DNA from: Lapillicoccus sp.
GTDB lineage: Bacteria; Actinomycetota; Actinomycetes; Actinomycetales; Dermatophilaceae
Direction of reading: 5' to 3'
NCBI GenBank assembly: GCA_051000455.1
Contig: JBPCOG010000254.1
Span: 1 to 30,644 of the forward strand
DNA: 30,644 nt
Shown here: positions 23,063-30,644 of the stretch, in pieces
How the letters are laid out: the number at the start of each line of letters is the position of its first letter
Numbering within the stretch: position 1 is the stretch's first letter
Translations under genes and position numbers: made by a program
Notes under the pieces: model-generated
What the model was told of the DNA's origin: nothing
The model's database searches: none
Seen by the model: only the letters and a program-made list of their open reading frames with translations

Positions 23063-23800
23063 ATGCGGTACACGTGGGCGGCGCCGGTGTACGACCTGCT
23101 CTCGGCGGAATGGCCGGTGTACCGAGTCGGCCGCCTGGCGGGGATCGAGCGGCTGCGACTGCGGGCAGGAGACCGGGTCCTGGACGTCGGGTGCGGCACC
23201 GGGCTGAACCTCCCGCTCCTGCGTGCCGCGGTCGGCACTTCCGGGCGGGTCGTCGGCGTCGATGCCAGTGCGCAGATGCTGGAGCTGGCTTCGCGGCGGG
23301 CGAGCCACCGCGGGTGGACCAACATCGACCTCGTGGAAGCGGATGCGACTGCGATGGACGCTCTCGAGATCCGGCGCCCCCTCGGCCACCGAGGCGGCGA
23401 CCGCCCCGGCTCCGGGGTGGCCGAGGGCGCCGACGCGGTCCTGTTCACCTACTCGCTGTCGCTGATGCGGCCATGGCAGCAGGCGTGGACCTGCGCCCTG
23501 AGGGTGGCCCGTCCCGGTGCCCGGGTCGCGGTGGTGGACCTGGCCCTCCCGGGGGGCACAGCCACCCCATGGCGACCTCTGGCGCGGCTTGCCTGCGCCC
23601 TGGGGGGTTCCGACATCGCCGCCCGCCCCTGGACGGCCGCCGAGGACGCGCTGGAGCAGGTGTCCCGTGCCACCCTCCGCGGCGGGCACATCGAGGTGCG
23701 CGTCGGCACCGTGCCGTCGGCCACCGCGCCCCCAGCCCCAGACCCCAGCACCGAGCCCCAGCACCGAGCCCCAGCACCGAGCCCGAGGAGTTCGCCATGA
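23063..23800 (+). CDS. Class I SAM-dependent methyltransferase (UbiE/PmtA-like fold)
   Basis: ATG 23063 after GGAGG. Y..AAPVYD, motif I VLDVGCGTGLN, VVGVD.S.QML, D.V.FTYSLS, RPG.RVAVVD. The C-terminal tail is built from a 13-bp repeat. Confidence 0.85.
   Translation: MRYTWAAPVYDLLSAEWPVYRVGRLAGIERLRLRAGDRVLDVGCGTGLNLPLLRAAVGTSGRVVGVDASAQMLELASRRASHRGWTNIDLVEADATAMDALEIRRPLGHRGGDRPGSGVAEGADAVLFTYSLSLMRPWQQAWTCALRVARPGARVAVVDLALPGGTATPWRPLARLACALGGSDIAARPWTAAEDALEQVSRATLRGGHIEVRVGTVPSATAPPAPDPSTEPQHRAPAPSPRSSP
23743..23781 (+). repeat. Three perfect tandem copies of the 13-mer CCCCAGCACCGAG
   Basis: 23743-23755, 23756-23768, 23769-23781, immediately before the GAGGAG RBS of the HAD gene. Confidence 0.95.
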
Positions 23801-24486
23801 GTGACGCACCTGACACCGTCGTCCCGCCTGACGTCGTCGCCTTCGACGTCAACGAGACGTTGTCGGACATGGCACCGATGGCGGACCGGTTCGCCGACGT
23901 CGGCGCCGAACCTGCGTTGGCGAAGCTGTGGTTCGCCAGCCTGTTGCGTGACGGGTTCGCCCTCGGCGCCGCCGGCGACGCGTCACCGTTCCGGGACATC
24001 GCGCCGGAGGTGCTGCGGACCACGCTGGCAGGCTGCCGGCTCGACCGCGACCTCGATGCCGCCGTCGAGCACGTCATGGACGGCTTCGCCGAGCTGTCGG
24101 TGCACGACGACGTGCGCGCCGGCATCGTCGCCCTGGCCGGTCTCACCCGCGTCGTCACGCTGAGCAACGGCGCGAGCGCCGTCGCTGAGCGCCTGTTCGA
24201 GCGCGCCGGTCTGCACGGCCATGTCGAGCGCTTCCTGTCCGTGGACGACGCAGGGGCCTGGAAACCCGCCCGGGCGCCCTACCGGTACGCCGCCAGCGCC
24301 TGCGCGGTGGACCCCGGGCAGATGATGCTCGTCGCCGTGCACCCGTGGGACATCCACGGCGCCCGACGTGCCGGGCTGAGAACCGCGTGGGTCAACCGCG
24401 GAGGCGACCGCTACCCGGCATACTTCTCGCGCCCGGAGGTCGAGGTGACCTCCGTCGGGCAGCTGGCCGGCCTGTGGGGGGCCTGA
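23797..24486 (+). CDS. HAD-superfamily hydrolase, haloacid dehalogenase type II-like
   Basis: ATG 23797 after GAGGAG, ATGA overlap with the methyltransferase stop. VAFDVNETLSD, LSNG, SV.D...WKP...PY, LVAVHPWDI.GA.RAGL.T.WVNR. Confidence 0.88.
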   Translation: MSDAPDTVVPPDVVAFDVNETLSDMAPMADRFADVGAEPALAKLWFASLLRDGFALGAAGDASPFRDIAPEVLRTTLAGCRLDRDLDAAVEHVMDGFAELSVHDDVRAGIVALAGLTRVVTLSNGASAVAERLFERAGLHGHVERFLSVDDAGAWKPARAPYRYAASACAVDPGQMMLVAVHPWDIHGARRAGLRTAWVNRGGDRYPAYFSRPEVEVTSVGQLAGLWGA

Positions 24487-26606
24487 CCAGCACCGCGGAC
24501 CGTCTCGGCGAGGGCTGCGGCCCGGGCCGAGCACAGGACGTCCTCGAGCAGCAGCGTGCGGCCGTCGGGGCCGCCCAGCGGGACCCGCCAGTTCGGGTAC
24601 TCGTCCGTCGTGCCCGGCTGGTTCTGGGTGCGACGTTCGCCCACGGCGTCGGTCAGCGCCACTGCGACCAACCGGGCCGGGGTCAGGGTCAGGTAGCGGT
24701 GCAGCGTCGACACGACATCCGCCGGGCCCGCGTCCGCCGCGAGCAGGCCGCGGTCTCGCAGCGTCGACAGCCAGGCGGCCCGCTCCACCTCGTCGGTGGC
24801 CAGCTCCTCGTCCAGCGGTGCGGTCAGCAGGCCGAGCTCGTCTCGCAGCCGCACGTGGTCCCCTGCCAGGTAGCCGGCGGTCGGGGGCAGGTCATGGGTC
24901 GTCACCGACGCCATGCAGTACTCCCGCCACTGCTCCGGGGGCAGCGGCTTGCCGGCCTGGTCCATCTCGAACCAGAGGACCGAGGTGCCGAGGATCCCGC
25001 GCTGCCGCAGGTACTGCCGCACGGAGGGCTCCACCAGCCCCAGGTCCTCGCCCACCACGACCGCGTCGGCCCGTCGCGCCTCGAGCGCGAGGATGCCGAT
25101 GAGCGCCTCGTGGTCGTACCGGACGTAGGTACCGGTCGACGGTGCCTGACCCGCCGGCACCCACCACAGGCGGAACAGGCCGATGATGTGGTCCACCCGC
25201 ACTCCTCCGGCATGGCGCAGCACGGCGGCGAGCAGCTCGCGGTACGGGAGGTAGGCCGCCTCCTCGAGCCGGTCCGGGCGCCACGGGGGCTGGCTCCAGT
25301 TCTGTCCCACCTGGTTGTACGCGTCGGGCGGGGCGCCCACCTGGACCTGCTGGGCGTAGACCTCGCGCAGCCGCCACACGTCGGCACCGCCGGGGTGCAC
25401 ACCCACCGCGAGGTCGTGGACGACCCCGATCGACATGCCGGTGCCGACCGCCTTCGCCTGCGCACCCTGCAGCTGCTCGTCGGTCACCCACTGGAGCCAC
25501 CGGTGCAGTTCGACCTGCTCGCAGTGGGCGTCGCGGAAAGCCGCGACCTCGGGCGAGGAGGTGTCCTGGAGCGGTCCCGGCCAGGTGCGGAAGTCGTTGC
25601 CGTGCTCCTCGGCGAGGGCACTCCACACGGCGAAGTCGCGCAGGCTTGCCCCCTCCCGCTGCTGGAAGGCGCGGTAGTCCGCCTCACGCCCGGCCGTGCG
25701 GGGAACCGCGTGAACGAGCCGCAGCGCCTCCCGCTTCGCGGTCCACGACGTGTCGCGGTCGATGGCGCCCGGGTCGCCGAGCTGCGCCCGCAGCCTCGCG
25801 CGGATGCCGTCCACGGCGGACCGCTGCGGGGGCTGCAGGTCCGCGTACTCCGGTATCCGCTCGACCCGCAGGTAGAGCGGGTTGAAGAACCGCCGCGAGC
25901 TCGGCAGGTACGGCGAGGGCTCGAGCGGCGCCACCGGCTCGGCCGCGTGCAGTGGGTTGACGAGGACGTACCCGGCCCCATGCACCGACCCGGACCACAC
26001 CGCCAGGTCCGCCAAGTCAACGAGGTCACCCACCCCCCAGGAGCGGCTCGACTGCACGCTGTAGAGCTGCGTGGCGAAGCCCCACTCGGTGCGGCCCCCG
26101 AGTCGCGCCGGCAGGCCGAGCCACGGCGGGGTGACGACCACGGTGGTTCTCGACACGAGGTCCCCCGACCGGGCACCGACCGTGTGGTAGCCGAGCGGCA
26201 GGTCGTCCGGGAGCTCGAACGTCGCCTCCCCGACGAGGGCCCCGGCGACCTGTCGCGGTTGCACCCAGCGGTCCAGCTGGCGCAGGCCGCCGCGCGTCTT
26301 CCCGGTCTCGGTGTGCAGCCAGACCTCGACCGGGTCGCCGTGCGGGAGGTGGACCGGGAAGGCGTGTGCGGTGCCCTGCTGGACGACCAGGCAGGCCGGG
26401 AGCATGCGGGCCCAGCGAGCGTCGTCGCGGGCCACCAGTGACGCTGCGGCGGCCGCCGCCGTGGATGCGTCGACCTCCATGGCTGCCAGCACCGCGGTCA
26501 CCGTCGCTGCCGGCACCTCCACACGGTTGCCGAGCCAGTCGTGGTACTCGGTCGCGACGCCATACGCTGCGGCGAGGTCGCGCAGGTCCTGGGTCAGCTC
26601 CGGCAC
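24411..26606 (-). CDS. malQ: 4-alpha-glucanotransferase (amylomaltase, GH77)
   Basis: LA..YGVATEY.DW, WG...QLYSV.S..SWG.GD..DL, NPLHA, SPY.PSSRRF.NP.Y, HDLAVGV, VGAPPD.YN..GQNW..PP, RVDHI.GLFRLWWVP, VVVGEDLG, THDLP, NQPGT.DEYPNWR. GTG 26606 lies 6 nt after CATGAT. Confidence 0.95.
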   Translation of the reverse strand: MPELTQDLRDLAAAYGVATEYHDWLGNRVEVPAATVTAVLAAMEVDASTAAAAAASLVARDDARWARMLPACLVVQQGTAHAFPVHLPHGDPVEVWLHTETGKTRGGLRQLDRWVQPRQVAGALVGEATFELPDDLPLGYHTVGARSGDLVSRTTVVVTPPWLGLPARLGGRTEWGFATQLYSVQSSRSWGVGDLVDLADLAVWSGSVHGAGYVLVNPLHAAEPVAPLEPSPYLPSSRRFFNPLYLRVERIPEYADLQPPQRSAVDGIRARLRAQLGDPGAIDRDTSWTAKREALRLVHAVPRTAGREADYRAFQQREGASLRDFAVWSALAEEHGNDFRTWPGPLQDTSSPEVAAFRDAHCEQVELHRWLQWVTDEQLQGAQAKAVGTGMSIGVVHDLAVGVHPGGADVWRLREVYAQQVQVGAPPDAYNQVGQNWSQPPWRPDRLEEAAYLPYRELLAAVLRHAGGVRVDHIIGLFRLWWVPAGQAPSTGTYVRYDHEALIGILALEARRADAVVVGEDLGLVEPSVRQYLRQRGILGTSVLWFEMDQAGKPLPPEQWREYCMASVTTHDLPPTAGYLAGDHVRLRDELGLLTAPLDEELATDEVERAAWLSTLRDRGLLAADAGPADVVSTLHRYLTLTPARLVAVALTDAVGERRTQNQPGTTDEYPNWRVPLGGPDGRTLLLEDVLCSARAAALAETVRGAGQAPHRPASCPTEVTSTSGREKYAG

Positions 26607-26665
26607 GCGCCCATCATGTCTCATGGTCCCGGCACGGGTGGAGCGCGGCCATGCGGGCAACGAGG

Positions 26666-26761
26666 CTCCCGGTGGCGCCCCGCCGCGGCGTTCACTCCCG
26701 GTGGCTCCCGGTGACGGCGCTCACTGCCGGTGACTCCCGGTGACTCCGATGGCTCCGGTGG
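26666..26761. repeat. Array of seven degenerate 9-10-bp CTCCCGGTG(G/A) units in the malQ upstream region
   Basis: Units at 26666, 26695, 26705, 26724, 26734, 26744 and 26753. Confidence 0.8.
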
Positions 26762-26762
26762 C

Positions 26763-26978
26763 TCAGCGCCGGCGGTCGCGGTTGCGGCTGGGCCGCGCCC
26801 GACCGTCGGGACTGCCGCGGAGCAGCGTGTACATCAGCCCGAGCAGTACCGCCCCCACGATGACGACCGCGACCAGCGCGTCACGGGCGAACAGCACGGC
26901 GATGACGATCGCCACGGCGTACACCGCCGGACCTGCGCGTCGCACCAGGCGTCTGTCGATGACGGGCCCCCTCACCAT
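26763..26978 (-). CDS. Small two-helix membrane protein (71 aa), unknown function
   Basis: MVRGPVIDRRLVRRAGPAVYAVAIVIAVLFARDALVAVVIVGAVLLGLMYTLLRGSPDGRARPSRNRDRRR. GC3-rich codons, two hydrophobic stretches, basic flanks, weak GGGA RBS. Confidence 0.6.
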   Translation of the reverse strand: MVRGPVIDRRLVRRAGPAVYAVAIVIAVLFARDALVAVVIVGAVLLGLMYTLLRGSPDGRARPSRNRDRRR

Positions 26979-27042
26979 CCGTGCCAGTCCCCAGTCTGCG
27001 CCTTCTCCGCCGCGAAGGCAACGCGTTCGAACGTGCCGCCCT

Positions 27043-27591
27043 CTACCGAGCACGGAGAGTGTCGATCCACGTGTCGAGGTCTCGGGCGCGGTTGAACAGC
27101 AGCACCGCCGGTCCGTCGGGGGCGGCCTGCCACGAGCGCAGGCGCCCGCGCTTGCGGGCAAAGGAGCGGAAGTGCCAGGCGATGATGGAGTCCCGGGTCA
27201 GCAGCGTGCGAAAGGACTCGGTGTTGCCGTTGCAGACCGGCTTCTTGTCGGTCGCGCGCCGCACCGACCGCCTGACGACGCGCTGGAGCGAGAACCACCG
27301 CGGATAGTCGAGGCCCACCACGAGCTCGACGCGCGGAAGCACCAGATCGAGCCACCCGGCGTACGCGGTGTCGAGAACCCACCCGTCCGCCGCGACGACC
27401 GCCGCAAAGCGCCGTCGCTGTTCGTCCTCGACGACCGGAACCCAGTCCGGCTCCCACGTCAGCTCGTCGGCGAGGGTGAGCGGCAACCCTGTGCGTGCGG
27501 CAATCCGACGCGCGGCCGTGGTCTTGCCCGAACCGGTGACGCCGTAGACGAGGATTCGACGTGCCGGGGCGGAGCCGGTCGCTGGGGGCAC
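27043..27591 (-). CDS. P-loop adenylate-kinase-like / topology-modulation (FlaR-like) protein
   Basis: RILVYGVTGSGKTT, D.L.W.P.W, WVLD.AY, V.LD.PR...L.RV.RRS. GTG start 6 nt after TATCGT (leaderless). Confidence 0.82.
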   Translation of the reverse strand: MPPATGSAPARRILVYGVTGSGKTTAARRIAARTGLPLTLADELTWEPDWVPVVEDEQRRRFAAVVAADGWVLDTAYAGWLDLVLPRVELVVGLDYPRWFSLQRVVRRSVRRATDKKPVCNGNTESFRTLLTRDSIIAWHFRSFARKRGRLRSWQAAPDGPAVLLFNRARDLDTWIDTLRAR

Positions 27592-27637
27592 GCCGAAACG
27601 ATAGGCCGCTCGACCGCGGCACGTGGGCGCTCGGCGG

Positions 27638-28159
27638 CTACCGGTTCTTGTGGGAGCGGACCCAGGCCTGGGGGTCCTTGTCGACGGGCGGGACTCCGGT
27701 AGCGGCCTTGACCGACTCGTAACGCAGGAACGTCACGGCGATCTCGTGCCGGAGGTCGCGGTCGGCGTGGAGCCGGAAGTCCGTGAGGTCCTGGCGCTCC
27801 TCCTCGGCCATGTGGTCGCTGTTGGCGACGTTGGCGTCGGTGACCGCCTCCCACCACTTGTCGCTGCCGGCCTTGCACCGCCGCACCTTGCGGATGGCGT
27901 CGCGGATCTCGTTGTGGTCCTTGATGGCGTCCGAGACCTCCTCGTCGACGCTGTCCGCGTCGGCGGCACCCTTCCCGAGCCGCAACAGCTCGGGATAGAA
28001 GTACTTCTCCTCGGCCTCCGCGTGCGTCTCGAGGAGGATCTGGAGCCGGGTCCACAGCGCAGCCAGCCCGTCGGCGTCGTCGCGCGGGTACTCCTCGAGC
28101 ACCGCGAACATCCGGCGCTGCTCGCCGTGCTGGTGAAGGATGACTTCGGTGATGTCCAT
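27638..28159 (-). CDS. Hemerythrin/HHE cation-binding domain protein
   Basis: ATG 28159 after AGGAG. His/Glu ligand pattern H..QR, H..AEE..FYP, DH.E, H..EEE (173 aa). Confidence 0.85.
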   Translation of the reverse strand: MDITEVILHQHGEQRRMFAVLEEYPRDDADGLAALWTRLQILLETHAEAEEKYFYPELLRLGKGAADADSVDEEVSDAIKDHNEIRDAIRKVRRCKAGSDKWWEAVTDANVANSDHMAEEERQDLTDFRLHADRDLRHEIAVTFLRYESVKAATGVPPVDKDPQAWVRSHKNR

Positions 28160-28271
28160 CGGCGCTCCTCGCGTGGGATCCAAGGACTTGCCAGTATGCC
28201 GTCCCGAGCGGCCGGCGGGACAGCGCGGCCCGGCCCTTCACCAGGCCCAGACCCGGGGGCGCGGGCCCACC

Positions 28272-29378
28272 TCACTGGGGGAAGGTGCTCCAGCGCATCG
28301 ACAGCCACAGCCCGGCCAGCAGCAGCACGGCAGCGAGCGCAGCGAACCCGGCGCTGATCTCGACCTCCTGTTGCTCGACCCGGACGTGCTTCGGAAGGTC
28401 CGAGAGGACGCGGTTGAGCTGGTCCGCGTCGGTGGCCCTGAAGTACTCCCCGCTGGTCGTGGCGGCCACCGCCCGGAGAGCCTCCTCGTCGACCACGAGG
28501 TAGCGGCTCGGGACGGCGTCTTCCCGCACCGTGGGGCCCCCCGAGGGCCCTTGCGCCGCGGGCACCCCGCCGAGCTGGTCCCAGGTGCACACCATCTGGC
28601 GGGGCGCGCTCGTCCCGAACCCGATGGGGTAGACGCGGATCCCGCGCGCCGCGGCCTGGGTGGCCGCCTCCTGCGGGGTCACGCCCCGCGTGTTGGCACC
28701 GTCCGTCAGCAGCACGATGATCTCCGGCGCGATGGGCGCCCCACCCGGGCTGGGCCCGCGTGGCCCCGTCGGGGTCCCGCTGGGCCGGCCCCCGCCAGCG
28801 GTGCCGCCGGGGGCCGCGTCGGCCGGCGCGACGTTGGGATCGAGCTCGGAGATGGCGTCGACGGACTTGAGGATGGCCGCACCGATCGCCGTGCCGCGAC
28901 CCGTCGTCAGCGTGTCCACGGACCGGATCAGCTGCTCCCGGTCGGTCGTCGGGGCGACCGAGAGCTGTGCGAAGCCGGAGAACAGCACGAGCCCGATCCG
29001 GGTCTGGTCGTCCTGTGACCGGACGAACCGCCGCACCGCCTCCTGGGCCGCGGAAAGCCGGTTCGGGCTGACATCGGTCGAGCACATGGAGCCGGACACG
29101 TCCAGCGCGAGGATGACCGCCGAGCGGGCCACCGGGACGTCGGCGCGCACCTGGGGGCGGGCGCTCGCGACCGCGAGCAGGCCGAGGCTGGCCAGCACGA
29201 GGGCGATCGGCAGGTGCCTGCGCCACCGGCGCTGGTCGCCGGCCGCAACCCGGACGAGCGCGACGTTGGAGTAGCGGACCGCCCGCCGGCGTCGCCGTCG
29301 CAGCTGCCACACGTATGCCGCGAGCAGGGCTGCAGCGGCGAGCAGGCTCAGCAGCAGGTAGGGCTGCGCGAAGGACAC
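28272..29378 (-). CDS. VWA-domain membrane protein (BatA-like N-terminus)
   Basis: MSFAQP..L, LA.ARP, MIDAS motif ILALDVSGSM, NRL.AA, GTAIG..I, VLLTDGAN, RVYPIGFG, DEE.LR.VA..T.GEYF.A, C-terminal TM helix. Confidence 0.9.
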   Translation of the reverse strand: MSFAQPYLLLSLLAAAALLAAYVWQLRRRRRRAVRYSNVALVRVAAGDQRRWRRHLPIALVLASLGLLAVASARPQVRADVPVARSAVILALDVSGSMCSTDVSPNRLSAAQEAVRRFVRSQDDQTRIGLVLFSGFAQLSVAPTTDREQLIRSVDTLTTGRGTAIGAAILKSVDAISELDPNVAPADAAPGGTAGGGRPSGTPTGPRGPSPGGAPIAPEIIVLLTDGANTRGVTPQEAATQAAARGIRVYPIGFGTSAPRQMVCTWDQLGGVPAAQGPSGGPTVREDAVPSRYLVVDEEALRAVAATTSGEYFRATDADQLNRVLSDLPKHVRVEQQEVEISAGFAALAAVLLLAGLWLSMRWSTFPQ

Positions 29379-29380
29379 GG

Positions 29381-30367
29381 CTAGATCACCCGTCCCGAAC
29401 GCAGCACCGACAGGGCCGCCCCGCAGAGGAGCAGCAGGGTCGCAACGGCGGCCACGAGCGACGTCACCTCGTGGGGCACCGTTCGCGAGGTCCAGGTCAG
29501 CTCGATCGAGTCGTAGACCTGCGCCAGGGCTCCCGCGTCCGCCGCCGCGTAGTAGGTGCCCCCCGTCGTCCGGGCGATCGCCTTCAGGGTGTCCTCGTCG
29601 AGTGCGGTCGCGATGCTGAAGCCGTCGACCTGCAGCACGCTCCCGCTGGCGCTGCCCAGCCCGATGGGGTAGATCCGCACGCCTGCGGCGGAGGCGAGGT
29701 CGGCCAGCTCGAGCGGATCCGGCCCGTTGGTGTTCTCCCCGTCCGAGAGCAGGACGATCGCGGTGCCGCCGTAGTAGCCGATGGGCGTGTCCTGGGCGTT
29801 GCCTGCGTCAGACTGTTTGCCGACGGTAATGACCTTCCCCGCGATCGCGCTGAGCGAGGCGAGGATGCCGCTGCCGATCGCCGTGTTGCCCTGCGGCGCC
29901 AGCCGGTTGACCGCAGCGAGGACGTCGGCCCTTTCCGTCGTTGGTTGCTGGGCGACGAGCGCGCTGTCCCCGAACGCGACCACCCCCATCCGGATCCACG
30001 ACGGCTGCTTGTCCACGAAGCCCCTGGCTGCGGCCTTGGCCGAGTCCAGCCGGGTGGGCTGGGCGTCCTTGGCGGCCATGCTCGTCGAGACGTCGAACGC
30101 GAGGATGACGGTGCCCTCCCGCCTCGGCTCCGCCACCGAGGCCGTCGGACGGGCCAGGGCGAGGAGCATGAGGGTGAGCGCGGCCAGCAGCAGCGCGGGG
30201 GCCAGGCGCCGTGCCCGGCCCCGGCGCGGGGGGGCGGGCGTGACGAGGCCGAGGGCGGCGAGGTCGGCGCGGCGCCGGGCCTGACCACGCAGCAGCTGCC
30301 GGTAGTGGACGAGCAGGGCCGGGACGGCGGCGAGCGCGAGGAGCAGCCACGGCCAGGCGAAGGTCAT
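29381..30367 (-). CDS. VWA-domain membrane protein (BatA/BatB-like)
   Basis: MTFAWPW.L, LALARP, ILAFDVSTSM, TRL..AK, TAIG.GI, VLLSDGEN, RIYPIG.G, DE.TLK.IA..TGG.YY.A. Confidence 0.9.
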   Translation of the reverse strand: MTFAWPWLLLALAAVPALLVHYRQLLRGQARRRADLAALGLVTPAPPRRGRARRLAPALLLAALTLMLLALARPTASVAEPRREGTVILAFDVSTSMAAKDAQPTRLDSAKAAARGFVDKQPSWIRMGVVAFGDSALVAQQPTTERADVLAAVNRLAPQGNTAIGSGILASLSAIAGKVITVGKQSDAGNAQDTPIGYYGGTAIVLLSDGENTNGPDPLELADLASAAGVRIYPIGLGSASGSVLQVDGFSIATALDEDTLKAIARTTGGTYYAAADAGALAQVYDSIELTWTSRTVPHEVTSLVAAVATLLLLCGAALSVLRSGRVI

Positions 30368-30644
30368 CGCCGCCTCCGTCGCCGCAGTGCGGAGACCCGC
30401 ACGAGAGCCCGGACGAGGTCCTCGTCGGTGAGGATCCGGTGCAGGTCGACGCCGGCGCCGCGGGTCGCCTCGACCAGCTCGGCCTGGCGGGCCTCGGCTG
30501 CCTCCCGGAGGCGCTGCCGGAACGCCGGGTCGTCGGTGTCGACGAAGATCTGCTCACCCGTCTCGGCATCCTCCACGTAGACCATCCCCACCGCCGGCAG
30601 CTCGAACTCGCGACGGTCGCCGACCTGGATGGCCACCACCTCGT
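30364..30644 (-). CDS. DUF58 family protein, C-terminal part (MoxR-associated); runs off the right edge
   Basis: (H)EVVAI.V.D.RE.ELP.VG.V...DAETGE...VDT; ATGA overlap with the VWA gene; standard MoxR-DUF58-VWA gene order. Confidence 0.85.
   Translation of the reverse strand, partial: EVVAIQVGDRREFELPAVGMVYVEDAETGEQIFVDTDDPAFRQRLREAAEARQAELVEATRGAGVDLHRILTDEDLVRALVRVSALRRRRRR

Noticed and set aside
23743-26761. CRISPR interpretation of the 13-bp and 10-bp repeats
   Set aside because: The units are too short, adjacent without unique spacers, and there are no cas genes.
2-30580. Dozens of long alternative-frame and antisense ORFs in the track (e.g. 565-2079+, 6223-7812+, 12573-14183-, 15217-17184-, 20638-22593-, 24345-26441+, 29315-30580+)
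   Set aside because: They are shadow frames of high-GC genes: Arg/Pro/Gly/Ala-rich, no family motifs, and fully overlapping well-supported CDS.
28272-30644. DUF58-VWA-VWA block as a novel system
   Set aside because: It is the common MoxR AAA+-associated operon; nothing unusual beyond Pro/Gly-rich loops.
1-30644. Mobile elements, prophage or defence systems
   Set aside because: No transposase, integrase, terminal inverted repeats with target duplications, phage structural genes or recognisable defence domains were found.

Overview
Very high-GC actinobacterial chromosomal DNA (Micrococcales-like by protein style; the taxon is inferred, not searched). Most of the overlapping six-frame ORFs are high-GC shadow frames. 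I see about 27 real CDS and one tRNA in five blocks. (1) 1-7932, minus strand: a compact SigK-type ECF regulon (Mo-cofactor oxidoreductase, MPT83/MPT70-like fasciclin lipoprotein, sigK, rskA, FAD oxidoreductase, DUF1365, two tandem Cfa-family methyltransferases). Three matching CAATCC-N15/16-(C/T)CGAA promoter boxes can be read directly from the sequence. The anti-sigma has a zinc-binding HxxxCxxC motif and the sigma factor has no Cys. The FAD/DUF1365/Cfa set matches the Rhodobacter furan-fatty-acid gene triad. (2) 8062-17088: a Tat-lipoprotein deacetylase-like gene, divergent from a Dpp/Opp ABC importer operon that ends in a cytoplasmic gamma-glutamyltransferase. (3) 17120-22635: complete selenocysteine machinery (selD coupled to an MFS gene; divergent selC-selA-selB). 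The tRNA-Sec has C instead of U at position 33. (4) 22644-26606: DUF427, a SAM methyltransferase with a 13-bp x3 repeat, a HAD hydrolase, and malQ. (5) 26763-30644: a small membrane protein, a P-loop kinase-like protein, a hemerythrin-like protein and the end of a DUF58-VWA-VWA operon. I found no rRNA, CRISPR array, transposase, integrase or in-frame-UGA selenoprotein. All calls come from motif recognition by eye; no database search was run.
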